From positions 105,588,001-105,652,000 of the forward strand of contig NC_087436.1 of NCBI RefSeq assembly GCF_036321535.1: 64,000 nucleotides of DNA. Reading direction: 5' to 3'. This DNA comes from Camelus dromedarius. Its lineage: Eukaryota. Within the stretch, counting starts at the first letter, position 1. Each line of letters begins with the position of its first letter. Below the pieces are notes generated by a model. The model was not told the origin of the DNA, did not search any database, and was given only the letters and a program-made list of their open reading frames with translations. Position numbers and translations under genes: made by a program. Below are positions 12,155-26,556 of the stretch, in pieces.

Positions 12155-15100
12155 TGAATATTTAAAAGCAAAAAGCTCTCCTGAATAATTTTGTGCCAGA
12201 GGTTTATGTGTGGCACGTCAGAAAAAAATGTAATGCAGCATTTGCTGAAAATTTTGTTATAGATTTTTACATTTGCAATGAAAATTCAGTTTAGCATTTC
12301 TTATCTTTGTTGCATTCCCTTTGTGTGTGCGTGCGCACGCGTCTGTGTGTGTTTCTGGGTTGCTCTAAAATATTGTCACAATCCATTGTAGACGTTTCAT
12401 TATGTTCAGCTTGGTGGTGAATAACATTGTGGTTGAGGGCAAAATAAAACCCAAGTGCTATACTTTCTCCCTTCTATACAAATAATGGATTTGTGGCTCA
12501 GATGATTTGGAATTATTCACATTCGGTTTTGAATTTTAAGTAGTCATCCTACTAATTATGTTCACATAACCAATTTATTTTATTGCTAAATTTGGCAATT
12601 TGTATGGAACATTGCTCAAAATCCACTGCTTGGTATTAATCAAACTCCCCTGTTGGCAACGTTAATTATAAAATATGAACTCATAAACTCCAAACTAAAT
12701 GTGTGCACTCTCTCTCCCAGCTGAAGCTGTGAACAAAAGTACAATCAAGAAGAAAAACTACCGAAGTTTAATTCCGCCCCCCTCCCCAAATAATTTCTCA
12801 TTTTGCCAAGTTAGATTCAATTTCAACTTCTTGCCAGAGGCACTTTTCTCAACAGGGATGGCCGTTGAAGTTTGACTCAAGAAAACTACATGGCAGGGAG
12901 GAGGTGCTTTCTTGGGAAATGTCTTTTGAATGGCACCGAATTCTTTGACAAATGATGGGGTCATTCGTTGTTTCTGGGAGTTGTTGGTTATTGGAAGGCG
13001 CCATTTTGAAAGATGCTCACTCTTAAAAAAAAAAAAAAAAAAAAGCGCATGAAAGCGTCTGGTTTATCCAGAGAACTCCTCCATGACGAAGAACAGAGGG
13101 GTGTGTTCTTACTGCTGGCTTAAGAGGCTCGATCTGGGGGCATACTGGGAAGTTCTTTTTTAATGTGCCTCTTCTACACTTAGTCTGCTTTAAATTAAGA
13201 AAAAAAAAAAACCCTCTTGGATTTAACATAATATATTTAAAAAATTAGGCTCTACTGTTCTCAGCCATGAATTCGGGGGTGGGCAAGAACGCCAAAGGAA
13301 GGTGCTAATTAACGCTGGACAAGCTAGTCAGGCCTCTCATGTGGTTTTATGCATCGTTAAAAGAATTTGAGCTCTGTAACCTAGGTATCCGGTCAGTAAT
13401 TAAAGGACAGGCCTTCTTAGTCACTTTCTCAAGTGATAACATCAGAGCAAGTTTTTCTAGAGAATAAAATGAAGTATGTGTAGTTACTTCCTTTAAACCC
13501 ATAAAGATGCTGCAAGAATTTTGGAGACGATACAAATCCACAAAATACTGAAAACATTTTGAAATGTGATTTTTGGATTCATGGGGGTCTTCGTCACTGA
13601 CTGATGATTTTTCATTCTTTTCTTTTTTTTTTTGTTTTCTGAGCCACCACACCCCCCTTCCCCATCTCCAACTTTCCTAAACATACCTCTGCTTTGTCTT
13701 TGGGTCACTTTTAATTGTATCGCCTTTTAGGCATGAGATATTTTAGGAATTGACATTTGCAACTGATATTCCAAGGCAAGAAAGGGAGGGCGTGTGTGCA
13801 TGTGTGTTTGTGAGTGTATGTGTAGCACTAAGCACAGGTCCGGGGCTGTTTTTGCATTGGCACTGTCAGAACTTCATGATTTGCTTGCGCCATGGGTCTT
13901 TATTCCAGTAGCTAGACACATTTATCAAACTTGGTTTTCTCACCCAAGGTTTAAAATTTAGTGACTCATATTCATGGCCTGTGAAGTAATTTGCCTGCCA
14001 AAAGGTGCAGGGAAGATGTTATAATATTCAACAGACCCTGTATCTCAATCTCAGCCTCTCCTCCTCCAAAAAGACCAACTGCTGTGAGCCCCAGAGATTC
14101 CATTTATTCTCATTTGCATCTAAAGTCATAGGGCTGGTTTATTTTCAGCCCCCTATGAGTCACGGTCATCCTCCCCCCACCCGCACCCCCAGTTATCAAC
14201 ATTAAGGCCAGATTACTCATTCGATAATGACACCAGCCTTCTTGAGAAACTCAGAGGCTCTGTTCAAGGGTGGCTGTGACTGAGTGTGGAGAATGGGTTA
14301 ACCCTCCATTTGCTTTTTTATTCATCGTGACCCTCGCAGCTCCAGCCTTTCCATTGCCTTCTGACTCTCACCCCCACCTCCTTGCCATGGTGTGCTAGGC
14401 CCTACATTATGTGGCCCTCCTAATTTCTCCAGCCACATCTCTTGCCATTAGTCACCTCACACTGCAGTCCTGCAGTGCTAATTTCAGCCCCTTTGTGAAC
14501 CATACTGCCTTATGCTTCAGGGCCTTTGCACCTGCTGTCTGCTGCCTGGAACACTCTTCCCCTTTACTTCTCCTGCAAACTCTTGGTCTCCTTTCAGGTC
14601 ATAGGTGAAATGTAGCCTTCTCCAACTCATAGGGGCAGGTCCTTCACACACCTACAGTGCCCTGCTCTTTCCCAACTTCTTCTACTTGTGTGGCACCCCA
14701 CCCCAAGGGCAAACTCTTTGTAGGCTGAATTCCTGAATCTGTAGGAATTAGCATTCTTAGTTCATGATATATAGACATTAATTAATAGATCTTTATTGAA
14801 GGAATGGAATAGAATCAACAAACGAATGAGTGAATGAATAAAATGAATGTAAAAAAGAGCAAAAAAGCTCAAGAAAGAGGAAAAGAAAAAGGAAAGGGAA
14901 GAATAAAAGAAAATAGCAGACAGACTGCCTCTCTGGTTGTCATCAGTAACTCTCTTTGTGGGGTAAGGAGTCGTTTAGAAATCTGGAGAAAGGAGCAAGC
15001 AGAGCAAACCATCCCATCCAAGAGAAAACAGAACAAAACCAAACCGAAGGTGTGAGAACTTGGAAGCCGCTGTGGCGAGGTCAGGATATCTGACGCTGAG

Positions 15101-16284
15101 CACTGGTGGACTTCGGGGAAGGGTCTGGCTCATAGGCTGACTCAAGCCCCTTAAATTCAGAAATACTTAATAATTGATGTTGGTTTCCTAACTCCCCCTA
15201 TTCCAAACAGAAGGGCTGATGGCATGATTTTATGAGCAACTATTAAAGTGGAAGTTTCTTTTTCATCTCCAAGTTGCCATTTTAACTGATGACCCTTAGC
15301 CGTATTTGGGGAAGTCCAGATTCTAGGTGTTAAGTACATTTAAGAAACAAGGTGATAGGAAATTACTTGCCTTGGATACTTTAAGGTAGACTAATTTTTC
15401 CATTTGTTCAGCTAGAGCCTTGTCACCTTATGTGCCATAAAGCATTTTCCAACATCTTCTTGAAGGATTTGTTGCCACCCTGGCTTACAAGCAGCTTAGC
15501 ACTCACATGGGGTTGAAGGTGGAGGGTGGGATTCCATGATCACCATCACCTATTATCTCCCCCAACAGTGCCCGAGCATTTGTCGGGGCTCCCGGACAGA
15601 CATAAAGCCCCAGTCCAAGCCAGACGAGGGGTGTGAAACGGGAAACCTAGCCAGCACGCTCTCCTTCCCTGGTGATTATGGCTCTGCAAGGTTAACCAGG
15701 AAAGAGAAGTCCTGTGGGGGAGGGAGGACTCATCTCCACAAATCACCCAGGGAAAAGCTCTTCACGAGCATGGATTACCTGGGGTTCTCAGGCTGGGAGG
15801 AATAAGGACCAATTACTCGGAAAGACCCAGACAGTGCTGAGGCCCCAGGTCTGGAAAGCAGCCCCCAGAGAGAACTGCAGCCCCACTGTCCGCCCCTGAG
15901 GTATGCCGGCTTCCTCTTCTGGGCATTAAGAGAAGAATGCTTCTGGGAAAGGGGACCAGGAGGAGGAAGGAGGTCTCTGAGAATTTAAGGTTCAGTAAGA
16001 GGCAATCAGCAAAACTAACAGCCCACGCTTGAATCACAGACATCCAGAGGTGAGCTGGGGAGCGAGCTCTTCTGAAGAAGAAGCCTGGCCGGTAGAGCTT
16101 TGCCCATTTCCATGGTATAAATACTGAGGCCGTGACATTTAAATATCAGGCTAGCAAAGTGAAGTCTCTAAAATAGGAGTTAGAAAGCTTAGCACTCCAG
16201 AAGAAGCCAGCTCTAGCCTCCCACTGCCAAGTGATGTAGTCTAGACTGGTCCAGGAGGTCCACCTTTGGAAACTGCTAGACCCA

Positions 16285-16410
16285 GGTGTATAGTCTGGCT
16301 CTGCCAGTTATTATCCGTGTGACCTTGAGCAAGTCACGTGTCTCTCGAGACCTCAGTTTCCTCATCTGTAAAATGGGAGTAATAATCCCTCACGTAGAAT
16401 TGCTGTCAGA
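16285..16410 (+). mobile_element. MIR SINE fragment
   Basis: gtgtgaccttgagcaagtcac...cctcagtttcctcatctgtaaaatgggagtaataat. Confidence 0.75.
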
Positions 16411-19400
16411 TGTCATCGTTTATTCATCAGTACATAACTGGGAACTCACTGTGTGCTGATGAATGTTCTAGGAGGTGTGGCTACATCAAGAAATAAAAAA
16501 GACAGGTTACCCATTCTCACAGAGTTTATAGTCTAGTCGGGGAGGCAGAGAGTAAGCAAATAAAATACTTGAATAAGATCATCAAACAGTGGTTAGTGCT
16601 GGGAAGACAAGAAAGCTGATGATGAGATTTAATGATTGGGGTGTGTGTGTGTGTGTGTGTGCGTGTGAAATACGATGTTTATAAGACGTGTAGCACAGTG
16701 CCTGGCACCCAGTAAGCACTCCGTAAAGGGTAGACACTGCTGGTATATTTAGCACAACCTGGGCCCAGATTGGCTTAGAGTCGTCTTGTGCCAAAATCCC
16801 ACCGGGAATCTCAAGGTCTTCCTTTCTGTTGATAGACTGTTTCCAGTGAGGCAGGTGGCTATGTATCTCCCCGTAGAGACAGAGATTGGGGTGAGAAGTC
16901 TAGTACCTGGCAAACGGATCCCCCAAACTCAGCCATCCTTATCACCACCCCAAACATTATTACTTTGGTGCTGAGCTCCCAGAAGCTTCCTCGCATTTTG
17001 TGTGGCCCTTGTGGAATAATCGTCTAAATAGGGTGCGTCAGCAGCGGCATCTCATGTCCCCATCCCAAATGGTTTTCCTGTCCATTTGCTTGTATCTTTC
17101 TTCATTTTACAGATTATGGCGCTTTAAGGGCAGAAGAAAATAATGCAATGCGAGGTACTCACAAGCGAGGAACTTTGGGGGCACAGTGCTCCTAACAGGG
17201 TCAGGCAGTCACAGTTCCTGGGCCCCTGCTGGCCAGTTTAAATGTGGCTGCCTGTGACAGTGCAGAACACGGGGTCTGCCCTTGATGGTGACCTTTATGT
17301 TACGCCAGCCGATGGTCTTTATCGGGTGTTGGCACCGTAGAATGATAGACCCCTTCTGTGAATGCACCTCTGTTGACAGGGGACTTTGGGATGGATTCGG
17401 CCAGCAAACCAATCAAGTCAAAGCCACGAGCCCGTAAAGACAGACCAATGAGCATGCAGACGACTAACTTAAGTATACTTTGTTTAAAAAAAAAAGAGAG
17501 AGAGAAAGAGCGAAAAAGAGTGCTCAGCTGTGGATGCTTGTACCAGTCCAGAGTGAGGGATCAAGGATCTTTGTAAACAGTTCCTCTTTCTGCTTCAAAG
17601 GAGATGTCCTAACCTGTAGGAAACCCACATGAAAAGGGCACTTCAGTGAAAAGCTCTCACCTTGGGGCGCTACAGAAATTAATTACAAAGCATTAAAATG
17701 AGCGATAAGGACCCTTCACCCACTCCACCATGTCTTACTCTAACTGGGATCTCGGTGGTGAACCTAGGTGACACAGCTAGTTCAACAAGCAGCCAGACCA
17801 GTTCAGCATTTCCTCACGTTTTATTGTCAGGTGAATTAAGCAAATTCATGTGGTCTCAGAGACCATATCTGAGCCTGTTCTGGCTCATGTGAACTCATTG
17901 CCTGGGTGGACCATGCGACCAAAACAGTGTTGTCTTGGACATTCATCCCCTAGACCACGTGTTGTAATTACACTTTGTAGAGAACTGATTCTGAAAGATA
18001 TCTCTGCCCAAGACTTATTTTATAGTACACCATACCCAAATCACACTAAAATAAAAACAAATTGAAGCAGCTTTAAAACTGCTTGGTGCAACACTGTAAA
18101 GATTGTCTCTCTGGAAGCCATGTGTTCTGAACTGTCTGAAGGTAATTCAGGGGCTTCGTAGCTGTGTGATCTTGGACCAGATGCTTGACTTCTCTGTGTC
18201 TCAGTTGTTCTCATCTCTGCAATGGAGATAACAGTAGTACTTGCCTCATGGAGGGTGGTTCGGTTCAATTCATTTCAACACATCTTTACTGAAGACCTGA
18301 CTCTATGGTCTGGGAACAGGATAGTAAACAAAACCAATGAGTCCCTGCTCTCATGGGGCTTCTATTCTAGTGGGGACAGATGGGCAGTAAGCAAATAGAC
18401 AAATCAATATATCATATTTCACAGATTCTGCAAAGCACAGTTTTTCACATTTGAACATCTCTGATCACGGTGTCATGGTGTCTAGGCTCTGGTGTCACGT
18501 ATGATTGGTACTTTTTGGTCTTTTTAGAGGTGCATAATGGTGGATCCTAGAGTTGATAGAGTCTTACATTTGATGAAATACAGAATAATATATCAGAAGG
18601 TGCTAAGTGCTAAGTAAACAAGTGACAGCAGGCCAAGGGGCTGAGGAGCGCAGTCGGGCCAGCTGGCAGGGACTACTTACATTGAGTGGTCAGGGAAGGC
18701 ATTGCTGTTCACATGTCTTTCTCTCAGAGGCATGAAGGCATTGAGGTGGGAGGCAGTCAAATAGCTGGGGGATGAGGTGCAGAGACCCTGAGTGAAGGAG
18801 CCTGGGGTGACAGAGGCACGACACGGGGGCCAGTGCGCCCGCCTTCGGTGAGAATTCGATGCGGGAAGTTACATACAGCACGTAATGCAGAACACACTCC
18901 ATAGGGGAGCGCCAGGCAGTGAGTGCTGGTGTGGAGGGAGGCAGCGGGCATCAGCTCCTGAACTGTCACCAGCCCTGCCAGTGTAAGGTCGGTGATGTGG
19001 GCCTTTACCTCTCCATGTCTCAGTCTCTCATCTGACAACGGGGATCGTAACAGGGTGCTGGTTGGTCTTACTGGGTTAATGTGTGTAAGCACCTAGGACA
19101 GATGTGTCTGCTCTGCAGGTTAAGGGCGAGGAGACACTGCAGTCTCGGATCTCAGCCTGAGCACAGGGCACAGAGACATGGCTTCAGAGCCCTGCGTCTG
19201 CCTCTCCGAGGGCTACCCCCATGAAGAGGGCAGGGCAGTGTCTGCCTCCCACAGTTGTGGGAAGCAGCAAACGAGAGGCTTCCTGTATTTAAGATGTATA
19301 TGAGGGCTCCCTACAGCTGGCCAGACACTGCCGTGGGTGCTGGTGTGTTTCAGTGCACGTGACGAGCGAGGTTCCTGCAGTATTGCTGACCTCGGGGAGG

Positions 19401-20537
19401 GTAGGAACAGATGAACGAGGTGATTTCCGTAAGTACGGTGAAGAGTGGGGCACTTGAAGGTAAACAGCTTCAGCGATGGTTTCCAGGGAAGACTTCGCAG
19501 AGGAGGTGACATTTGACTTGAGAGCTGAAAGAGACAAAAGAAGTGGGTTCTGGACAGACCTGTGGGCAGAGCAAGGGCAGAGCATGTACAAAGGCTGAGA
19601 GGCTGGCAGGAGCAACGTGTGCTCGAGGCACTGAAGAGGAGCCAGCGTGGCCAGGCATCAAGGGAGGAGGTTGGAGGTGTTGGGGTCAGGAGGCTGGTGC
19701 GGCAGCTCATGCGTGAGCTCTCGTAAGGGCTTTGCTATTTATTCCAAATTTACTCCAGTGCAGTGAAAATCCACTGGGGTTATCATGTGTAAGAAAAGCT
19801 TCTAGCATGTTGTTTGGCCCAAACTGGGTTCTTGTTAACTGGGAAACACTGATACACACTCTAATGAGTGTGTGCATCGTGATCTCCAGGGCCTGGGAAG
19901 AAGAGAATGAAAACTGCTGTTTTTGTTTTGTTTTGTTTTGTTTTAAATAAATTCTTTTGCTTAAAGCTGGAGCTGGATTTGTCATATAGGTCTAGGAATT
20001 TGACCTTTGGTATACACAATAGAGTTGCCTACTTGGAGCCTTTTTAAGCTCTTTTGTCTAATTTTATCAAGGGTATTTCAAAAGATCAGGGGGCAGTTGG
20101 AGAGGATGTGGAGAAAGCCAACAGGAAGAGTAAAGAAAAGATAGGCAGGACCTTGTTTATTAAGTCTCTCAGCACAACACTGGGCCAGATGAATGTTTAA
20201 TAAATGATTCTTGGCACTGACCTCTCCCTCCACATGCTGTTTGCATCAGTATGCAAGGACTGGGGGCAAGGAACCGCTAGCATCCCCTTCCTATTAATTC
20301 TTCCATCTGATCCTCCCAGAACTCTGGCCAATAGCGAGTCACTGTTTAAGAATTGTAACCGTACCAACTATCACTGGGGATTGTACTTTTAAAGCTCTTC
20401 AGAGAGTTATATCAACAGTGATCATTGCACTTCATCTTCACATTGTGAGGACAGAGACCCCCAGAATTGGAGTTGTGCAGTGCACGGGCAGGGCAACCAT
20501 TCATAGCTGACCTGTCTACAAGATAGTTTTTTATTTT

Positions 20538-22515
20538 TATTATAGACTGAATGTGATCCCCCAAAATTTGTATGTTGAAACCTAATCTGAGATGTGATGA
20601 TATTAGCAGGTTGGGCCTTTGGGAGGTGATTAGGTCATGAGGGTGGAGCCCTCATCAAGGGGACTAGTGCCTTCATAAAAGAGACCCCAGTGAGTTCTTT
20701 TGCCCCCTCTGCCCTATGAGGACACAGTGAGAGAAGACAGCTGACTGTGAACCAGGAATTGGGCCCTTATGGACAATAAATCTGCTAACACCTTGCTCTT
20801 AAATTTCCCAGCCTCCAGAATTGTGAGAACTAAATGCTTGTTTATAAGCTACTCTGTGGTATTCTGTTATGGCAGCCTAAACAGACTAAGGCAGGAATTG
20901 ATACTGAGAAGTGGGATGCTGCTATGACAAGTACCTAAAAATGTGGAAGCAGCTTTGGAACTGGGTAGGGGGTGGAGGCTGGGAGAGTTTTGAGGTGTGT
21001 GCGGGAAAAAGCCAGTGGCCCTTCACAACATTGCTGTGATGGGACTATTAAGGGCAGTTCTGGTGAGCGCTCAGAAAGAAAAGAGGAGAGCTGTAGAGAA
21101 AGCTTCCATCTCCTTGGAGAATACGTAAGTCATCCTGAACAGAATGCTGGTAACAATACAGACGATAAAGGCCACTCTGATGAGGCCTCAGATGGAAACG
21201 TGTAATGAACACTGGGGCAAAGGTCATCGTTGTTCTAAAGTGGCAAAGAACTTGGCTGAAGTGTGTTCAAGTTCTACAGTTTTATGGAAGGTAGAGTTTG
21301 TGAGCAATGAAAATGGGTATGTAGCTGAGGAAATTTCTAAGCAAAGGATTGAGGGAGCAGCCTGGTTTCTCTTGACTGCTTCTAAAATGAGAAAAGAGAG
21401 ATGATTTGAAGATGGAGTTGTTCAGCAAAAATGAATGAGAATTTAAAGATTTGGAAAATTATCAGCCTGTCTGTATTGCAAAAACTTGAGAACACTGTGG
21501 GTATTGGTCAAATGGCCATTTGATAAGGAGGTTAGTGCGGCTCAGACACATGTTCTTCAGGACCAGGGAAGAACAACCCTGAAGGTAATTCAGAGATGAA
21601 CTAGGCTGCCAGTCCCACTGCAGGCCTGGTGTGAGCCCTGCGGGACAGGCTGCCTCCCCCTGGATTACAGAGGAGGGGGCCTTCTAAATCCACAGGCCTG
21701 AGACTCCAGCCCAGCAGAGCTGCAGGGCCCCAGGAGAGAGCTACTGCAGGGCTGTCCTGCCAGGTCTTGGGGGTGGTGTTGCCAGTGGGCCTGGAAGGCA
21801 GAGCATCGAGCCAGAGAGGATTAGTCTTGAGCTCCGTTAGGTTTGGTGTTGACTTGAGACCTGTCGCCCCTTCCTTTCTTAGCTCTCTCTTTTGGAATGA
21901 GATGGCCTATCCTATGTGTCTCCCACCTTTGCAGTTTGGAAGCACATCACTTGCTCAGTTTCAAAGGTTCACAGCTGGAGAGGAATTTGCCTCGGGGTGC
22001 GTCTCACCTCGAGTCTCACCCATGCCTGATTTAGATGATATTTAAATGGGGCTTTGGACTGAAGACTAGAGTTGATGCTGGAATCAGTTCATCTTCAGCG
22101 GTGGTGGAGATAGAGTAAGTGTGTTTTGCATGTGAGGAGAACATGAATTTGGGGGAGGAGGTCAAGGGTGGAATGGTGTAGACTGAATGTGTCCCCCCCA
22201 AATTCATATATTGACACCTCAGCCCCAGTGTGATGGTATTAGGAGGTGGGCCTCTGGGAGGTGATTAGGTCATGAGGGTGGAGCCCTCATCAGTGGCATT
22301 CGTGCCCTTATACAAAAGAGACCCTCTTCCCTTCCACCATGTGAGGATACAGCAAAATGATGGCCCTCTAGGAACCAGGAAGCAGGCTCTCAGCAATCTG
22401 TGAGCACCTTGACCTTGGATTCCCGGCCTCTAGAACTCTGAGAAATAAATGTTTGTTGTCTGTCAGCCACCCAGTCTATGGCAGTCTGTTATAGCAGCCC
22501 GAATGGACTAAGACA
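20538..22515 (+). mobile_element. Full-structure MaLR (MLT1A-type): 5' LTR 20538-20893, internal region 20894-22173, 3' LTR 22174-22515
   Basis: Two direct LTRs ending taaggca and taagaca. The internal region starts ggaattgatactgagaagtgggatgctgct, carries a broken MaLR ORF (PKNVEAALELG-like) and ends in a purine tract. Confidence 0.85.
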
Positions 22516-23771
22516 ACCTCCACTTCCAAAAAAGCTGGTATCACCTGGAGTTCAGTGAAGTGACTGTGATCAGCAGATGCAGGATCTGAACCCTGATAAC
22601 ACCTGGAGCATAACAGCTGTTCCTGCCCCCAGCTGCCTCCCTCCCACTGCCATTTGGGGAAAACGGATTCAAGCAAATGAAAATAAGAAGAGGGAGAGAC
22701 TGTTGAGGGCTGTGAGGTCTGGAAGCTTGAGCAGAGATCAAGGAAGGAGTGAGTCATTCCCACTGGGGAGCCGGGGGGGTTGGGGAGACCAGCGTTTGAG
22801 CAGGGCCTTGGCGGGGGGAATCAGATTTCATCAGCAGGGTGGGGGAAGGGTGCCCAAGAGCCGTTTGCCACATCGTTTTGCGACCACATCCCTCAGCCAC
22901 TTCCCAGCTGCAGCTGCACCTCATCCATAAGCAGACGGCTCACACCCATAATTCATTCATAAACGTTTATTTCCATCTAAATCAGCAAATGAATGCATCT
23001 ATTGGTGGCAGTGCACGCGCCTCTTGGGGCACCGATCCACTTCGAGGGTTGGCACAGGGAGGCTGGCTGTGGAGTTTTGACGGCCCCATTGGAGGAAATT
23101 AAGTGCTCGGAGCAGTTGCTTCAGAGCCACTTCCAAGGTCGGAAATCAACGTCATCACCTGCAGTCTGCAGATAAGGTTGGCTTGGGAGCGCCGCTTCCT
23201 TCAGCTGAGAAGGAAGATCGGATTTCCCCAGTGGGCATCTGTGTAGGGGAGCGCACATGGAGGGTGACATTGATGATCTTCACAGCCACGATCATGATAG
23301 CAGCTGACATTTATCGGGCACTTTCTATGTTTCAGGGGCTGTGCGAAGTGTGGGAGAGAAATCCCACCTTCTCTGACTTAGGACTAGGTTATGAGGTCAG
23401 CGTGTAAGAGGCAAAAACTCATGTCTATCCAAAATTCACCTTGATGGTCCCTTAAACTGTCCATAAAGTTGAGAGCATGTAGTCATGCATGCTCTGAACA
23501 AGAGTCTTATGTATAAATAAGAACATTATGATTTTGCCTAAACATATCAGTCCCTCTCCCACCTCGCTCTCAGTCTGAGACATTGAAAGCAGAAATGGGT
23601 GGAGTCGCCCATCTAAAAAATTTTCATTTCTCTCTCATCCCCTCTTCTCCATCTCTCTCTTCCTCCCCTTGATTCTCCCCCTCATCTTTTTGCCAAACAC
23701 ATACATTTGAATTTCTGTAAGTTAATTGCTCATTTAATGCAACTTCGCTCTCTGTTACTTTATGTGTAACG

Positions 23772-24289
23772 TTGGGGAGGGGAAATTTCCCCCTCTACCC
23801 ATCTAGAGTTCTTGCAACTGGACTAATAATAAAACTGACACAAGACAGATTAACAGGAGAAAAAGAAACCCATTTTAATTCATGCTGGTCTCATGGACAT
23901 GGGACCCAAGAAGAGAACAGATCAGGCAGCTGTAATACTTTTTAGACATAGGAATATAAATTTGGGAGGAACTGACAGGACAAAGAAACTTAGATTTTGG
24001 GTGCCGAGTTAATGAAGAATCTAAACAGAGTTTGAGCTTTGGGTAGTGAATTAAGGAAGTAACAAGGTTTGTTTATATTGGCTTCTTGGACTAAATTCCC
24101 TCTCTCTGGCAATAAGAGGGTCCTTCCTTCAGGTGCCTTTCATAGGAGATATTTCTTTCCTGCTTGCAGTTTGTCTGAAAGGCGGGTCAGAGTGTCCCTC
24201 TGGTGTTGGTCATTTCTTAAGTAACTTTAATTCCAAATAATTAATATGCCACCAAGGTACATTTTGGGGTGGCCTACTCTGGGCCCCAA
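23772..24289 (-). mobile_element. ERV1-class solo LTR, related to 5868-6411
   Basis: Shares the ccctctaccc...actgacacaagacagattaacaggagaaaa and attttggggtggcctactctg blocks with the other copy. Confidence 0.6.
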
Positions 24290-25090
24290 AGTTACAGCAA
24301 CCCTGGACAGTAAAAATCTGTTTACTATCGTATTCTTACAGTGAAAGATACTAAGGCTCAGAGAAGTTCAGGCAAATGTCTGAGGGTGCACAGCTCTCAG
24401 ACTTGGTCCCAGGACACTAATCCCCAAGCAGGCGGACTCCAGAGCCAGTGAGCTGTCAGCTGTTGTGATGGCCTCCTTGGGCCCCTTCAGCTGATGGAAC
24501 TTGAGTGTCAGACCCAACCAGTGATCCGGCTATTACCAACTTGGGCCTCACTTTTAAAAATAAATGTTTCAACCAGTCCAGCCCTGAGATTTAATAGCCG
24601 ATATCGTATGCACATTAAACAGCAAATGATTGTTAACATGTTTATTGAAGCTTAACAGGCATCCAGTATATAAAAGATGACTCTCTTATATGGCTGTCAG
24701 ACCTCAATAAACATGTTTAATAATTAATTGGCATTAAGCAAACATAATTGTGTGATTCTAAATTAAGTGTTCGGTGAAGCGTACTGTGAATGGAAAACCG
24801 CAGTGGTATTTTATTACTTAAAGTTCAGGCTGTCAATCTGACTTTTCACATATGAAGAAAAGCATCCTATTTTCAAAGCCAGGTCTCAGGCCTCCTGTCA
24901 TCTCATGTCAAAGGAGGCACAGGCTTTCTTGTTCCTAGACCCTTTGATCTGAGAAATGTTTCTTAGTTAGTTAGCTGTTTGTATTTCTTTGTATCCACTT
25001 GGGGTTGTGAAAACCCTCAGTCAAGAAACTGTAACGTGAAAGATGTTTTCACACAGTGGCTTTCAGGTGAATGAACCAGTTCCGCCCAAT

Positions 25091-25762
25091 ACAGCAGATT
25101 CTTGTTGTTGACTGCAGTTATCTTCTCTAAATCTGCTGCGGACACCAGGTTAGGGGATGCTGAACCATCGCTCCTAGGGGAAGTGTGCAATTAGGTTCCT
25201 CTGTGCCTCTGGTCATAATATTTTTGTCACCTAATCAATGTATAACTTTGTTTTCTATGTGTTTCTGTGTAAAGTCACCGTATTTAATTTATATTGTTGA
25301 TTCTGTAACACTGAACTCATGGCCAATAGCGCTGTAATTTGTGCCTGAATGAAGCCTATCCAACACATGTGTATGGCACATCACGGCCTTCTTGTGCTTA
25401 GGAACATGGATAGCACTCCGGCCCTGCCCGGGGTGGGGGGCCATCTTAAACAGCAAAATACCAACAAAAAGCACAAAAATATGGGGGGGAAAAAAACCAA
25501 CAAGAAATGTGGCATGAAAGAGACCAAGAGAAGGACACTTTTTTCCAGTATGAACTGAAACAGGAAAGCAAAACATTGCCTTGTTCTAGCTCAGCTGGGA
25601 ACGTTCCTGTGGGACGTTTCCCACTGTTCGCAACTCTGCATTTATCTGCGCATGTTCACCCATGACGCAAAAGCACTGTGAATGCTGATTTTGAGGCTGC
25701 AGATAAATTTGCAGTAGGCAGATTTACAATGACAGAATCCTTGAGTGTTGGAATGAGGATTC
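25091..25762 (-). mobile_element. MER82-like TcMar-Tigger DNA transposon remnant
   Basis: Track ORF 25289..25576(-) contains VPKHKKAVMC...VLDRLHSGTNYSAIGHEFSVTESTI, a decayed Tigger N-terminal HTH motif; the ends resemble MER82. Confidence 0.75.
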
Positions 25763-26556
25763 CATTAAGCACGGCCATCTGCATACCTAAGTGCCGTGTG
25801 TCTGTTCCACCTGCCTTGATTGTTGTCTGCTGATTCTAATGATGCTGTCGCTCATAGTAGGTGCACAGTGAATATTTGTCCAGTGCAGTTGACTAGTTTT
25901 CAAACACAGACTCCAAGTAGCTGTCATTTGAAAATGCTTTTTACTTTTCAATAGTCATCATGTCTATCAAAGTTCATTGCTGTATTTTCTTATTTCAATC
26001 TAATTAATAGTCTACCTTGGCTTTTAACTTTCTCATCTGCCCCTACGTTCTTTAGACACTTGAAAATAAAGCCATTTTCTCTATTGGCAACAAATCCCTT
26101 AAGATTCACACAGGAACAAGGAAAAGCCTGCCCCAGTAGGTACTCCTGGATGGGTCAGATCTACGTGGCAGCAAAAAACTGTGCCCAGGGTTTCATCTGT
26201 ATATGAAGTCCATCCTCACACACCCTACAGGGAGGTAGAGGAACCAGGCTTACGATCTCTTTAGAAGAAGCATCAGGAAGCAGTGCCCTAACTTTAAAAA
26301 GTCACTCTAATGGCAACCTGCTTGGCATTGATGGGCATGTAGGGGGTGCTCTGGGACCACTGGCTCTTCCTGGGGTCTCTAACAGTTTCCATCATGGCCC
26401 TACTGGAAGGTTTGGAGCTACATGTGGAGACTGGCCCCGGAGTCTGAAAAGCCATGGGTTCTTCAGGGATCCTTTGGAAAATTACAATTTGAGGACTAGA
26501 ATTTAATTCCTAGAGATTTAAAAACAATTTTAAAAGTATGTTATGAAAGTCACGCA

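Noticed and set aside
12322..12342. Alternating purine-pyrimidine tract with palindrome gcgtgcgcacgc (Z-DNA or NRF1-like)
   Set aside because: Short and consistent with a degenerate (TG)n microsatellite.
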